Shown: piece by piece, positions 31,007 through 41,085 of the stretch | Position numbering within the stretch: the stretch's first letter is position 1 | Layout of the letters: every line of letters starts with the position of its first letter | Origin: Candidatus Thorarchaeota archaeon | GTDB taxonomy: Archaea > Asgardarchaeota > Thorarchaeia > Thorarchaeales > Thorarchaeaceae | Reading direction: 5' to 3' | Length of the DNA: 64,000 nucleotides | NCBI GenBank assembly: GCA_048882045.1 | Contig: JBHLRZ010000016.1 | Coordinates: 1 to 64,000, forward strand | Notes under the pieces: model-generated | Told to the model about the DNA's origin: nothing | What the model saw: the letters and a program-made list of their open reading frames with translations, nothing else | Database searches by the model: none | Position numbers and translations under genes: made by a program

Positions 31007-32131
31007 ATGACAGAGTACCCAGTCAGAAGAGACCCCCGCAAGATGATAGCTGCAGTATCAATCGTCGTCGTGTTGGCAATAGCGACATATGCAGTGGTAA
31101 CTTGGTGGAAACCAAGGTTTGTTGTCTATACATACAGTAGTTTCCTCGACTGGGGAGATGAAGGAGCGGACGTTGTGCTTCAAAGGGCTTTTGCTCCCTT
31201 CGAAGCGAAATATGGAGTGGATGTTGATATCATTCTACTTGATGCCGATGCAAATGGGATCATAGCCAAGTTAATTGCCGAATCATCAAATCCTGTTGCA
31301 GATGTTGTGATTGGGATAGACAACATTCTCATCCTTCAGGAAGAGGCGAGGAGTGTTTTAGAACCATATGAATCACCCAGCCTCAGTTTCATCAATGAAT
31401 CGTTAGTCAATGCTCTTGATCCAGACCACTATCTAACACCCTTTGACTTTGGCCTTGTTACTCTCATCTACTCGACAACTACGATAAATACTACAACACA
31501 TCCTCAACTGGGAAATCTGACGTTTGCTGACCTCGCAACACCCGAACTTGCCTCAGCATTAGTAACAGAGAATCCCAACTTAAGTAGTCCCGGACTGGCT
31601 TTCTTGCTCTCGCAGATTGCAGTTTATGAAGAAATACTTCAAGAAGACTGGACTTCTTGGTGGGAAACTGTCAAGAATGACATCAATGTTCAACAGGGTT
31701 GGAGTGAAGCATGGTCTGTTTGGTCAGGAGACCCTACACGACACCTGCTTGTCAGCTATGGCACCGACCCAGCATATTCATCGAAATGGTTGAACGGTTC
31801 AGAACCAGACACACGAGTAGCTCCTTTCTATTACAATAATGAACCATGGGCATGGATGCAAGTTGAGGGAGCTGGGTTAGTCAAGAATGGCCCCAATCCA
31901 GAACTTGGCAAAGCCTTCATAGACTATTGCCTCAACGCTACAGTTCAGATGGAGATTCCCCTGAATCAGTGGATGTTTCCAGTGAGGACAGACCTAACAC
32001 TACCCAGTGTCTATCAATATGCTATTCATCCAGATGAGATCAATGTTCTCAATGATTTGCTAAATGCGACCATAATAACAACCAACCTTGATACTTGGCT
32101 CAATCAATGGGACATAACAAGAATACCGTAG
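31007..32131 (+). CDS. thiB: Thiamine ABC transporter substrate-binding protein
   Basis: VYTYSSF..WG, ADVVIGIDN, SSPGLAFL, GWSEA, VSYGTDPAY, QVEGAG, QWMFP. Confidence 0.92.
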   Translation: MTEYPVRRDPRKMIAAVSIVVVLAIATYAVVTWWKPRFVVYTYSSFLDWGDEGADVVLQRAFAPFEAKYGVDVDIILLDADANGIIAKLIAESSNPVADVVIGIDNILILQEEARSVLEPYESPSLSFINESLVNALDPDHYLTPFDFGLVTLIYSTTTINTTTHPQLGNLTFADLATPELASALVTENPNLSSPGLAFLLSQIAVYEEILQEDWTSWWETVKNDINVQQGWSEAWSVWSGDPTRHLLVSYGTDPAYSSKWLNGSEPDTRVAPFYYNNEPWAWMQVEGAGLVKNGPNPELGKAFIDYCLNATVQMEIPLNQWMFPVRTDLTLPSVYQYAIHPDEINVLNDLLNATIITTNLDTWLNQWDITRIP

Positions 32132-32142
32132 GTGAGAAGCGA

Positions 32143-33792
32143 TTGGACAAGAGGATACTGACAAGATACGCAGTGTTAGCATTCCCAATCATTCTACTGC
32201 TTGTATTCATAATATATCCAGTACTAACTGTCATTGTTCAAGGACTGACCTCAAGTAGAAACTCCTCCTTCTTTGATGTAATATCATCACCTTGGATTCA
32301 ATCTGGATTTCTGTTCACGTTTTACCAAACAACCGTAAGTACTCTACTTGTCGTAGTTATAGGATTACCCGGAGCTTTCATGCTAGCTCGATTACGTTTC
32401 AAAGGGAAATCACTCGTTAGAGCCTTGATGGTTGTTCCATTTGTTCTTCCACCGATTGTTGTTGTAATTGGATTTAATCAGATGTTTGGTTCGTATGGAG
32501 TCATTGATTCAATTCTAATGTGGATGCAATCCTCAAACGTATCGGTGTTCAATCTAGCCACTGGAGTTCCAGGAATCATCCTTGCACACACTTTCTACAA
32601 CATCCCCTTGGTTATGCTGATGGTTTCCGCATCTCTTGAAAGATTGAATCCCGAGATTGAAGAAAGTGCTGAGCTCTTAGGTGCGACATCATTCCAAAGA
32701 TCCAGGAAGATTACACTTCCACACATCCTACCGTCCCTTCTTGCCGCAGCCATACTCACATTCCTCTTCTGTTTCATGTCATTTCCAATCATCCTTGCTT
32801 TTGGACAATGGAGATACCTTACCATGGAAGCTCAGATTTGGAACGCATTCAGACACTTCGACTATCTTGAGGCGAGTTCCCTTACTCTGGTTCAGCTATT
32901 CATCACATTAACACTAGCAGTAGCATATGTAAAACTGGGTGGTCAATCTAACGATGACACAGGACAGACTGCATCAATCAAGACTGTTGAATTCAATCAG
33001 TATCGTATGATAGAACGTGGTCTAATCATAACCTATGTGGTTTTGATTCTGGTTCTAATAATCGGTCCTATAGTGACAATTGTCAGGGCGGCTGTCTACA
33101 ACCCCAACAACGGAGCTTATACTCTTGATGGATTTGCGAATCTACTAATCGGTGGAAGTCAAGGAGGTTTCACTCATCTGATCAACTCTCTTTTCTATTC
33201 ATTCTTGGCGACACTCTTCGCAATCATTCTTGGAATTCCTCTTGCTCTGGCGATGCGGTCAAGATCGAAGACGATTCCAACATTAGCATCAATGATGATA
33301 CTCCTCCCTTTAGGAGTATCATCAATCAGTGTTGCATACGGTCTTATGCTGACAATAGCGGTTCCAACTGGACTTGTGATAAATCCTTGGCCAATAATCG
33401 TAATCGCGCAAACGATTATTGGATTACCTTTCAGTGCACGAGCAATTGAGATTTCTATGAGGAATATCAACCCAGATCTTCTTGACCAAGCAGACTCCCT
33501 TGGCGCATCAAGGATTCAGAAACTCATGTTTGTTGAACTACCGCTACTGGCTCCAGGCATCTTGGTGGGTGGTGTCTTTGCGTTCGCCATGGCAATTGGA
33601 GAAATGTCAGCAACTTATCTTATAGCCCTCCCACAGAACTACACACTGGCTGTTGCTATCTACACTAACTATGCTTCACGACACTTTGTGGAAGCAGGAG
33701 CAGCTGCTCTGATATTAGTAATGGTTTGCGTCATTGCATTTCTGCTAATGGAACGAATCTCAGAAGGAAGTACAACGAGTGGTGCGTTATAA
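32143..33792 (+). CDS. thiP: Thiamine ABC transporter permease
   Basis: Two EAA loops (EESAELLGA, DQADSLGA), PFVLP, AHTFYNIP. Confidence 0.9.
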   Translation: MDKRILTRYAVLAFPIILLLVFIIYPVLTVIVQGLTSSRNSSFFDVISSPWIQSGFLFTFYQTTVSTLLVVVIGLPGAFMLARLRFKGKSLVRALMVVPFVLPPIVVVIGFNQMFGSYGVIDSILMWMQSSNVSVFNLATGVPGIILAHTFYNIPLVMLMVSASLERLNPEIEESAELLGATSFQRSRKITLPHILPSLLAAAILTFLFCFMSFPIILAFGQWRYLTMEAQIWNAFRHFDYLEASSLTLVQLFITLTLAVAYVKLGGQSNDDTGQTASIKTVEFNQYRMIERGLIITYVVLILVLIIGPIVTIVRAAVYNPNNGAYTLDGFANLLIGGSQGGFTHLINSLFYSFLATLFAIILGIPLALAMRSRSKTIPTLASMMILLPLGVSSISVAYGLMLTIAVPTGLVINPWPIIVIAQTIIGLPFSARAIEISMRNINPDLLDQADSLGASRIQKLMFVELPLLAPGILVGGVFAFAMAIGEMSATYLIALPQNYTLAVAIYTNYASRHFVEAGAAALILVMVCVIAFLLMERISEGSTTSGAL

Positions 33793-34847
33793 TGGCGAAG
33801 GTTGAACTTAGAGAACTTGTGAGAGAGTTTGCTGATGGAACTAGAATTGGTCCAATTAATCTCATAATTGAAGATGGCGAGTTCCTCACATTACTGGGAC
33901 CATCAGGAAGTGGTAAGACTACGACACTACGAATGGTTGCTGGTTTCATTGAGGACGTGGAGGGAAAACTACTCTTTGATGAAAAGGATGTAGTCGATGT
34001 ACCTCCAAGAGAACGAAGTATCGGAATGGTCTTCCAGTCAGTTGCCTTGTTCCCAAACATGCGTGTGTACCAAAACATATCTTTCGGTCCAGAGATGGCA
34101 GGTTGGACGAGAGAGAGAACAATAGAACGAGTTGAGGAACTCGCTGACCTTCTGGGTATTCGAGGGCTCCTGCTGAGAAAGACCAATGAAATTAGTGGAG
34201 GAGAAGCACAGCGAGTTGCCCTCGCCAGAGCTCTAGCAAAAGAACCAGAACTCTTGTTGCTGGATGAACCATTATCTGCTCTAGATCCTCAGTTGAGAGA
34301 GAATTTGCAGACTGAGATTCGAAGAATCCAAAGAACATTGAACATAACGACAATCTATGTCACACATAGTCAGGACGAAGCATTTGCAATCTCAGACAGA
34401 GTGGCAATTCTGCAAGACGGAATGGTTAGTCAAGTTGGTACTCCAGAAGAATTGTATGATGCTCCTGCGAATGAGTTCGTTGCTAGATTCCTCGGGAGCG
34501 GCAACATATTCAATGGAGAAATTGTGGAGAATAACAACGGACTTCTTGTCCAAGTCAATGGAAATCAATTCAGTTTTCCAGGGGAAGGAGAGATTGGTGA
34601 GGTCATCACATTCAGTGTAAAGCCGGAGGATGTGATCATATCAGCTCATGCTAGAGATGGATGGGTGAAAGCAGAAGTGGTGGCTATTACTCCGCAGGTT
34701 GGTTCATTCAGGGTGTCTATCGATTTCGATAATATTCAGATAATTGCATCGACAACTGATGAACAGCTGGTGAAACAGCTAAGAACCAATAGTGACAATG
34801 GTATTTACTTTGCATTTGATTCTGAATCAGTCTTCATCTTCAGATGA
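33792..34847 (+). CDS. thiQ: ABC transporter ATP-binding protein (thiamine), TOBE domain
   Basis: GPSGSGKTT, ISGGE, LLLDEP, VTH; ATG overlaps the thiP stop codon. Confidence 0.9.
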   Translation: MAKVELRELVREFADGTRIGPINLIIEDGEFLTLLGPSGSGKTTTLRMVAGFIEDVEGKLLFDEKDVVDVPPRERSIGMVFQSVALFPNMRVYQNISFGPEMAGWTRERTIERVEELADLLGIRGLLLRKTNEISGGEAQRVALARALAKEPELLLLDEPLSALDPQLRENLQTEIRRIQRTLNITTIYVTHSQDEAFAISDRVAILQDGMVSQVGTPEELYDAPANEFVARFLGSGNIFNGEIVENNNGLLVQVNGNQFSFPGEGEIGEVITFSVKPEDVIISAHARDGWVKAEVVAITPQVGSFRVSIDFDNIQIIASTTDEQLVKQLRTNSDNGIYFAFDSESVFIFR

Positions 34848-35909
34848 TTCGAAGTCTTCTCCTGGAGGAGGAGGAATGTTGTAACCTTTGGATTCTGGTT
34901 TTGGTACAGGCTCTGGTTCCGGTGGAGGTTCTAATACTGGTTCAGGTTCGGACTCCATATCACTTGATGTTGACGGAGAAGGCACTTCCGCCGTCATAAA
35001 GACCTGACGCTCAACCAGAGATAGAACCTGACTACGAATATAATCTGGAGAAGTTGCCATATCAGGCACATTGTATCGTGTTGAAAGGTACTGCATCATA
35101 GAGAGGGTTGCTCGTTTTTTGACAAATACAAAGATGATTGTAAAGTTCAGAATTATTGAGAAGAGTGGTCCAATAGCGATGAGGATAATAAAAACCGGAA
35201 CCCATGGAGCAGTAAAACCAATGCTCAATGTGAGCTCTAGCCAGACAAGAATAATGTCCACTCCAGCGAAGAACTCCAAGATATCCTCCACGTCATCTCC
35301 AACATTACTTAGAGACCTATCTTTTTTATCGAGATGAAACAGTCCTGCTTCCTTCATCAACCACGGACCATAGTAGAGTAACATGACCGTAAATGGGAGA
35401 ATAAGTACACTTACAATCATCAAGACTGCACCAATATAGATCAGACCCTCTGCATCAATACTCGTCATCAACTCGAAACCCAGAATTGTGAGAGCTATTC
35501 CGACAATGAGGACTGAGCCGTACAGAGACCTTCGAAATGCAGCCCTTAGATTCTCATCCTCTGGCTCTGGTGACATGAAATAGTCTCCCGCGTGGTGTTT
35601 TGCACGTCTGTGAATCCAAAGAGGAAGACTCACTGTTCGCGGCCATTTTACCAGGATTGCACAGAGGATCACTGCAAGTATTATAGAGCCTACTGCGGCT
35701 CCCAACATATACATTGTATAGGGAACAAATCTCGTAGGGTCGAAGCTATAAAGACCGGAGAAGTTTAGCAAAGACAAAAGTCCCCAAGTGGAAGCAAGCA
35801 AAATCAACGTCGATATTAGGAATCCAAGGATGAGTTTAGCAATGCTTAGCTCCTTGGCTTCATCGAACAACTGCTTGTACGGATTGGTATATGTCTGTGC
35901 TTCTTCCAT
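34827..35909 (-). CDS. Multi-TM membrane protein with Pro/Glu-rich C-terminal tail
   Basis: About 6 TM; tail EPEPVLEPPPEPEP...NIPPPPG. Confidence 0.78.
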   Translation of the reverse strand: MEEAQTYTNPYKQLFDEAKELSIAKLILGFLISTLILLASTWGLLSLLNFSGLYSFDPTRFVPYTMYMLGAAVGSIILAVILCAILVKWPRTVSLPLWIHRRAKHHAGDYFMSPEPEDENLRAAFRRSLYGSVLIVGIALTILGFELMTSIDAEGLIYIGAVLMIVSVLILPFTVMLLYYGPWLMKEAGLFHLDKKDRSLSNVGDDVEDILEFFAGVDIILVWLELTLSIGFTAPWVPVFIILIAIGPLFSIILNFTIIFVFVKKRATLSMMQYLSTRYNVPDMATSPDYIRSQVLSLVERQVFMTAEVPSPSTSSDMESEPEPVLEPPPEPEPVPKPESKGYNIPPPPGEDFESSEDED

Positions 35910-36074
35910 TTTCAGCAACCGAATAGTGTTAGCACATCTGACTCATAAGCCTTCTTGACACTTATTGAAAGAAGAACACCCATCTATCTAGCACAAAATA
36001 GTTCATATAGCACAAGATGAGATTAATCGTTGCGCTGGCAATGCCAACTCTGCATAGTAACGTAGTGATTGATT

Positions 36075-36989
36075 ATGGTTGTAGGCTACGAAGTTTTAGA
36101 AGACGGAACCCTGAATGAGGTCGAGCTCACAAAAGATGACCTTGAATCAACCAAGGTTGTCTGCGTCGTTGATGATGAAACAAAGAGCATCTATCTCTGG
36201 AAAGGAACCCAGGCAGGAGTTAGGAGAAAGTTCATTGGCGCAAGGGTTGCGACCAATCTCCGGACAGAGTATGGATTTCATTTTAAGGTCAGACCTTTAG
36301 ATGAAGGAGAAGAACCCCCAACCTTCTTTTCAGCACTTGATGGCACAACTGCAGCAGCAAGGATTCTAAAACCAGGAGAATCAGCCCCGCCCCCAAGTCC
36401 ACCCAAACCGAAGACTGAAGCTCGAGCTGAAGAAGCAGCAGCACCTCCCAAACCAAAACCAGATACATCAACTCCAAAAACAACTACAACACCTCCGCCT
36501 ACACCAAAAACAGCTGCACCTCCACCAAGACCACCGACATCAACACCTGCGTCAAAAAGCCCACCAGTTTCAGCAGAAATCCAAGCTATGATAGCAGAAC
36601 TAGAAACAGTCGATCCACCAGAGGGCTACCAGCGAGAGTTACTCATTGTTTACAACGAACTGTTTACAGTAGCGGAGCACAAGATTGCAGTCTTTGGACA
36701 GGAAAAGGTTGAACGTAAGTTCGAGAAAGTGAAAGATCCACCTGAAGGGACATTTATGGCAGAAGGTTTCATTCCACGAGTCATAGTACAGGATGGTAAG
36801 GTCTTAGGAATTGAGCTTCTCAAAGGAACTCCGGATGCAATCCTCAGTCCAATAAAGGCAGAGATGAAGGAACGCCTAGGGGATCTCATTACATTCTTCC
36901 GTTCAGAGATCGAGGAAGAAGCAATGTCCAAGGACAAGGCTGACGCAAAAGCTAAGGGTAAGAAAGGCAAGAAGCTTGTTGCCAAATAA
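36075..36989 (+). CDS. Gelsolin-domain protein with Pro-rich linker and C-terminal Asgard domain (1DGelX-like)
   Basis: DLES..VVCVVD...IYLWKG..AGVRRKFIG.R.A...DEGEEP..F gelsolin signature; long Pro/Thr linker; PPEGYQRELLIV domain. Confidence 0.85.
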   Translation: MVVGYEVLEDGTLNEVELTKDDLESTKVVCVVDDETKSIYLWKGTQAGVRRKFIGARVATNLRTEYGFHFKVRPLDEGEEPPTFFSALDGTTAAARILKPGESAPPPSPPKPKTEARAEEAAAPPKPKPDTSTPKTTTTPPPTPKTAAPPPRPPTSTPASKSPPVSAEIQAMIAELETVDPPEGYQRELLIVYNELFTVAEHKIAVFGQEKVERKFEKVKDPPEGTFMAEGFIPRVIVQDGKVLGIELLKGTPDAILSPIKAEMKERLGDLITFFRSEIEEEAMSKDKADAKAKGKKGKKLVAK

Positions 36990-37011
36990 TCATGATCCAA
37001 GAGGAATACAT

Positions 37012-37401
37012 ATGTCATCTAATCTCGACCCAGCAAAGGAAAAGGAGCTTGTCGAGCTCCTAATGGGCTTAACAAACTATGCAGATCTTGATGCCATCGC
37101 TGTCATCAGCAAACAAGGTGTCAAACTTGCGTACTTTGCAACAGAGGACTCAGATGTTGATCCAGACCTGATGGCAGCAATGAGTGCTGCACTTCTCAGT
37201 ACTGGAGAAATGGCGGCTGGAAATCTTGAGTTGAACGAGCTCTATGAAGTAATAGTTAGAGGGAAGGATGGATTTGTTGTCCTCTCTCATGCAGGAGAGT
37301 TTCTACTTATGGGATCCGCAAAGGACCTAACATCGATGGGACTCGCAGTCACTCAGATGAGAAAATACGCAAGAGAAGTCGGTGAACTTCTGGGTCAATA
37401 G
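37012..37401 (+). CDS. Roadblock/LC7 domain protein
   Basis: AVISKQG, AAMSAALL..GE, L.EVIVRGKDG.VVL, GL. Confidence 0.9.
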   Translation: MSSNLDPAKEKELVELLMGLTNYADLDAIAVISKQGVKLAYFATEDSDVDPDLMAAMSAALLSTGEMAAGNLELNELYEVIVRGKDGFVVLSHAGEFLLMGSAKDLTSMGLAVTQMRKYAREVGELLGQ

Positions 37402-37497
37402 TAACTCATTAGCTTCGTTCCATCCGAGATTATGTTACATGGGTTAATAGTCAATAATCAATAGCAGATTAATGACGATTATTTGGTTGAATGAATC

Positions 37498-37908
37498 GTG
37501 AAGGGAATCATTGTGTTTGATGAAGGAGGCGTAAGTCTTGCCTCAGTCGGTTTAGAGAACATCAAGCTCAATGAGGACCTTTTTGGTTCATTCATTGCTG
37601 CCATTCAGGCCTACGCCCAGAAATCAGTTGGAAGCATGATGAAGTCACTAACGTATAGCAAAATGAAACTCATGATTGATTTTGCAGCTGAGAATTTTGT
37701 AGTCACTCTACATGGAATTGATGACCCTGATGCTGACTGGAACCACAGTGCCACTGTAAGAGTGATTGAGGGAGATGGATTCGAACTCAATCAGCAATAC
37801 CTCGAAATCCTAAGGGAGCTCTTGACAGACGAAATCGTATCACCAGATGAAGTTGAGAATGGGATTGATAAGCTCAGGAAAGCGACGCGATCATTCCTAG
37901 ATAAGTAG
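37498..37908 (+). CDS. Longin-like domain protein
   Basis: IIVFDEGGVSL, DLFGSFIAAIQAYA, beta-hairpins typical of Asgard longins. Confidence 0.7.
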   Translation: MKGIIVFDEGGVSLASVGLENIKLNEDLFGSFIAAIQAYAQKSVGSMMKSLTYSKMKLMIDFAAENFVVTLHGIDDPDADWNHSATVRVIEGDGFELNQQYLEILRELLTDEIVSPDEVENGIDKLRKATRSFLDK

Positions 37909-38046
37909 GCTAGTCAACTGTTAATTGAGTGGAACGAACCGATCAGTTATAGAACAGTCAATTACACTGCTGATAAACCATATTGAGTATATGGTGAAAA
38001 GACATAATTGAGAAAAGACAACCAACTCAAATTATGAGGTGATTCT

Positions 38047-39711
38047 GTGGTAAGAAATCTCTCCCTCCATTTTCTATATCGGAAAGAAGGAACAAGAATT
38101 GAGGTTGAACCTGAAGGTGTTGGATTAATTGATGCTCTTGTAGCTGCGGAGTCACTCAAAGGTAGTAGTTCTAGAGTAGCAAGTCTGAGTAGAGTATCAT
38201 TCCCATTTTGGTTGGTTCAGACATCATCAACAAAATCAATCATCCTATCAGCATCAAGTAGTATGATTAAGCAATTTCAGTTTACAGACATCAAAGGTGC
38301 TAGTGAAATAAGAAGGATTGTCAGTTCTGAGGTCACCCAGTCATCAGACATTCCTGTTGCGGTATCGAAAATTGGACCTCTCCTGGATCAAGTAGACACA
38401 TACACAGTTGACCTTTCAGGGTTGATTGCACCAGCAGCATTTGTTTCCGTTGGTAGGCTAATTGTTGCTTCTGATCCAAATGCTAAACCCAATAGAATGG
38501 AGATGAGGACAGATTCCGGGGGTGCATTGAAAAGATCAGAAGAGTTCAAGGAGGTCTCTGAATCAGTAAAAAGAAGGACAGAAGCGACAGAAGCCATAAA
38601 GTCTTTGTTCAAGGAGAAGCTTGGAGGTCAATCTTCAACTCTTGAGAACCTGATTGAACTCGAGAGAAAAAGGTGGGATGAGAGAATCAAAACTATGCAA
38701 GAAAGAACCGCTCAGGAGATTGTTGGACTCAAAGAGAAGAGGGATGACCAATATTACAACCTTGGTGAGAAACATAAGATTGCTTTACGTGCCTTGACTG
38801 CGGATTTCGCTAGAGCAGCAAATGACCTTGAACAGCATTTTACACAGATATCCGAGCAAATCAGAGATGCAAAATCGAAGATAGGACAAAAAGAGGATGA
38901 TGTTGAAGGAGCAATCTCCATTTACGAAGATCTTGTAAATAATGTACGAAAGACTATCGAGAGAAGCAATCAACCTATTGAAGTAATGGATAGAAAAAGA
39001 GAAGAATTAGAAAAACGAACTGTCGAAGCCAGAAGGAATTACGAGCAGGAAAAGACCCAGGCTCAATCATCTCTTGAGTTACAGATTAATGACATCCAAA
39101 AGAGAATTGAGGACACCAAGAGCGAGCGAGAACAAAACCTGAGAGAACTCGATGAATTGAGGCTCAATGTGAATTCGGTGATTGAGAAGGCTTACAAAGA
39201 TGTTGAAAACAAGATCCTCAAGTTCCAGGAGGAGTTCCTAAATCTCATGTCTTGGACTTTGGACAATAACTCGATAAATCAGCTAGCTCCTCTAACTCAA
39301 CTGGACATTCACACTTATGTAGCGAAATTTGACAATGACCTATACAAAGTGATTACCCCTCATTTCACACCGGAAACTTGGAATTCTATAACACCAGGAG
39401 CGGGGGTTGTCCTCAGTAGAGAGTTTGATGAGATGCTCACGACATCAATTGATGAATGGATGAAGTCTGATCGATCCTTCAAAGAAGCTTTTGATCGTGC
39501 ATGTATCAAAGGAAATGTGTTTCTAGACCCTGAAGGCGAAAAGATGCTAGCTGCAGGATTTGAATCACTGAGTAATAGAAAACTACTAGGATCTTCTGAC
39601 ATAGAGAGATATGCAAGACTTTGGTACAGATATGCCAAAAAGTGTCCAAAATGCAGTAGCGAATTAGAAGCTGGAGCAAAGTATTGTAATAGTTGTGGTT
39701 CTGAATTGTAG
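38047..39711 (+). CDS. Long coiled-coil protein with globular ends and C-terminal zinc ribbon
   Basis: Heptad-rich region at about residues 160-400; CPKC...YCNSCG. Confidence 0.8.
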   Translation: MVRNLSLHFLYRKEGTRIEVEPEGVGLIDALVAAESLKGSSSRVASLSRVSFPFWLVQTSSTKSIILSASSSMIKQFQFTDIKGASEIRRIVSSEVTQSSDIPVAVSKIGPLLDQVDTYTVDLSGLIAPAAFVSVGRLIVASDPNAKPNRMEMRTDSGGALKRSEEFKEVSESVKRRTEATEAIKSLFKEKLGGQSSTLENLIELERKRWDERIKTMQERTAQEIVGLKEKRDDQYYNLGEKHKIALRALTADFARAANDLEQHFTQISEQIRDAKSKIGQKEDDVEGAISIYEDLVNNVRKTIERSNQPIEVMDRKREELEKRTVEARRNYEQEKTQAQSSLELQINDIQKRIEDTKSEREQNLRELDELRLNVNSVIEKAYKDVENKILKFQEEFLNLMSWTLDNNSINQLAPLTQLDIHTYVAKFDNDLYKVITPHFTPETWNSITPGAGVVLSREFDEMLTTSIDEWMKSDRSFKEAFDRACIKGNVFLDPEGEKMLAAGFESLSNRKLLGSSDIERYARLWYRYAKKCPKCSSELEAGAKYCNSCGSEL

Positions 39712-39783
39712 TTGGGTCCTTTCTTTATGGTTTAATAACAAATAATATACGGTGGATGGCGAGCAGCAGAAATAGGGGTAAAG

Positions 39784-40986
39784 ATGAAACTCGACATCAC
39801 TCCACGTGCAGCAAACCTCCAATATGCAATTCGAGATATCGTTGTTGCAGCAAGAAAGTATGAGAAGAGAACAGGGGAGAAACCTCTCTATCTCAATATT
39901 GGTGATCCCATAAAATATGATTGGAAAACTCCTCAGTATATGGTGGATGCAATCTGCAAAGCAGCAAAAGAAGGCTGGAATGGTTATTCTCCTTCAGAAG
40001 GTGAGGAGCAGCTCAGGATATCGGCTGCAGAAAAAGAGAAACGAGTCAATGGGATTGATGTCAATCCAGATCGGATGATAGTCACATCAGGGGTCTCAGA
40101 GGCAATCCAGTTTCTCTGTGGTGCTCTCGTTGAGCGAGGTTCTGAACTTCTGGTTCCAGGACCTTCATATCCTCCATATATCAGCTATGTGAATTTCTTT
40201 GGTGGAAAGCCAGTTGCCTACAGGACAATCGAGGAGGATGATTGGAATCCGGACACAGATGACCTCCGAAAGAAGATCACAGACAAGACAGTAGGTATAC
40301 TTGTCATCAATCCAAACAATCCCACAGGCTCAGTGTACAACGAGAAAACACTTAGAGAGATTGTAGCAATTGCTGGCGAACACGAACTGCCCCTAATTTC
40401 AGATGAGATCTATGATCAGCTGACCTATGACGAACCACAAACACCAATGGTCAGAATAGCAGGCGATGTACCTGTCGTCGGTTTCAACGGAGTAAGTAAA
40501 GTGTACCTTGCACCTGGATGGCGTGTGGGGTATGCTTACTTCCACGACATGAGTGGTGAGCTCGACCCACTATACGATGCGATGATCCGTCAGGCGAGAA
40601 TCAGGATATGTTTGAATGCCACTGCACAGATAGCAGCAGCAACAGCATTGGCTGGAGATGGAAGTCATCTAAAGGATGTCATGAGTCGTCTTCGGATAAG
40701 AAGGGATTTGATACACAAACGACTCAACGAAATCGATTCAATTTCAACACGACTACCTGAGGCAGCCTTCTACATAATGCCTAAGGTTGATCTACAAGGG
40801 AGATGGAAGGATGATTATGAGTTTGTATTGGCAGTCCTTGAAGAAACAGGTGTGGTATTTGTTCCTGGTAGAGGATTCGGTGTAGAGTATGGAGCTGGAC
40901 ACTTCCGAAGCGTGTTTCTACCACCGCCAGAGATGATTGAGGATGCAATGAATCGCCTTGAAGGATTCATGATTAAAAACCAGTAG
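39784..40986 (+). CDS. Class I/II PLP aminotransferase (alanine aminotransferase-like)
   Basis: YAIRD, LNIGDP, NPNNPTG, DEIYD, SKVYLAPGWRVG. Confidence 0.92.
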   Translation: MKLDITPRAANLQYAIRDIVVAARKYEKRTGEKPLYLNIGDPIKYDWKTPQYMVDAICKAAKEGWNGYSPSEGEEQLRISAAEKEKRVNGIDVNPDRMIVTSGVSEAIQFLCGALVERGSELLVPGPSYPPYISYVNFFGGKPVAYRTIEEDDWNPDTDDLRKKITDKTVGILVINPNNPTGSVYNEKTLREIVAIAGEHELPLISDEIYDQLTYDEPQTPMVRIAGDVPVVGFNGVSKVYLAPGWRVGYAYFHDMSGELDPLYDAMIRQARIRICLNATAQIAAATALAGDGSHLKDVMSRLRIRRDLIHKRLNEIDSISTRLPEAAFYIMPKVDLQGRWKDDYEFVLAVLEETGVVFVPGRGFGVEYGAGHFRSVFLPPPEMIEDAMNRLEGFMIKNQ

Positions 40987-41085
40987 TGGATTATTGCATA
41001 CTTCTTGCTGTTGCAGTCTTTCTCAAGAGGAAGTTCTAAACTCCTTACCATCTTTCTTACATAGAATCTGGAGTAGATTGTAAAA

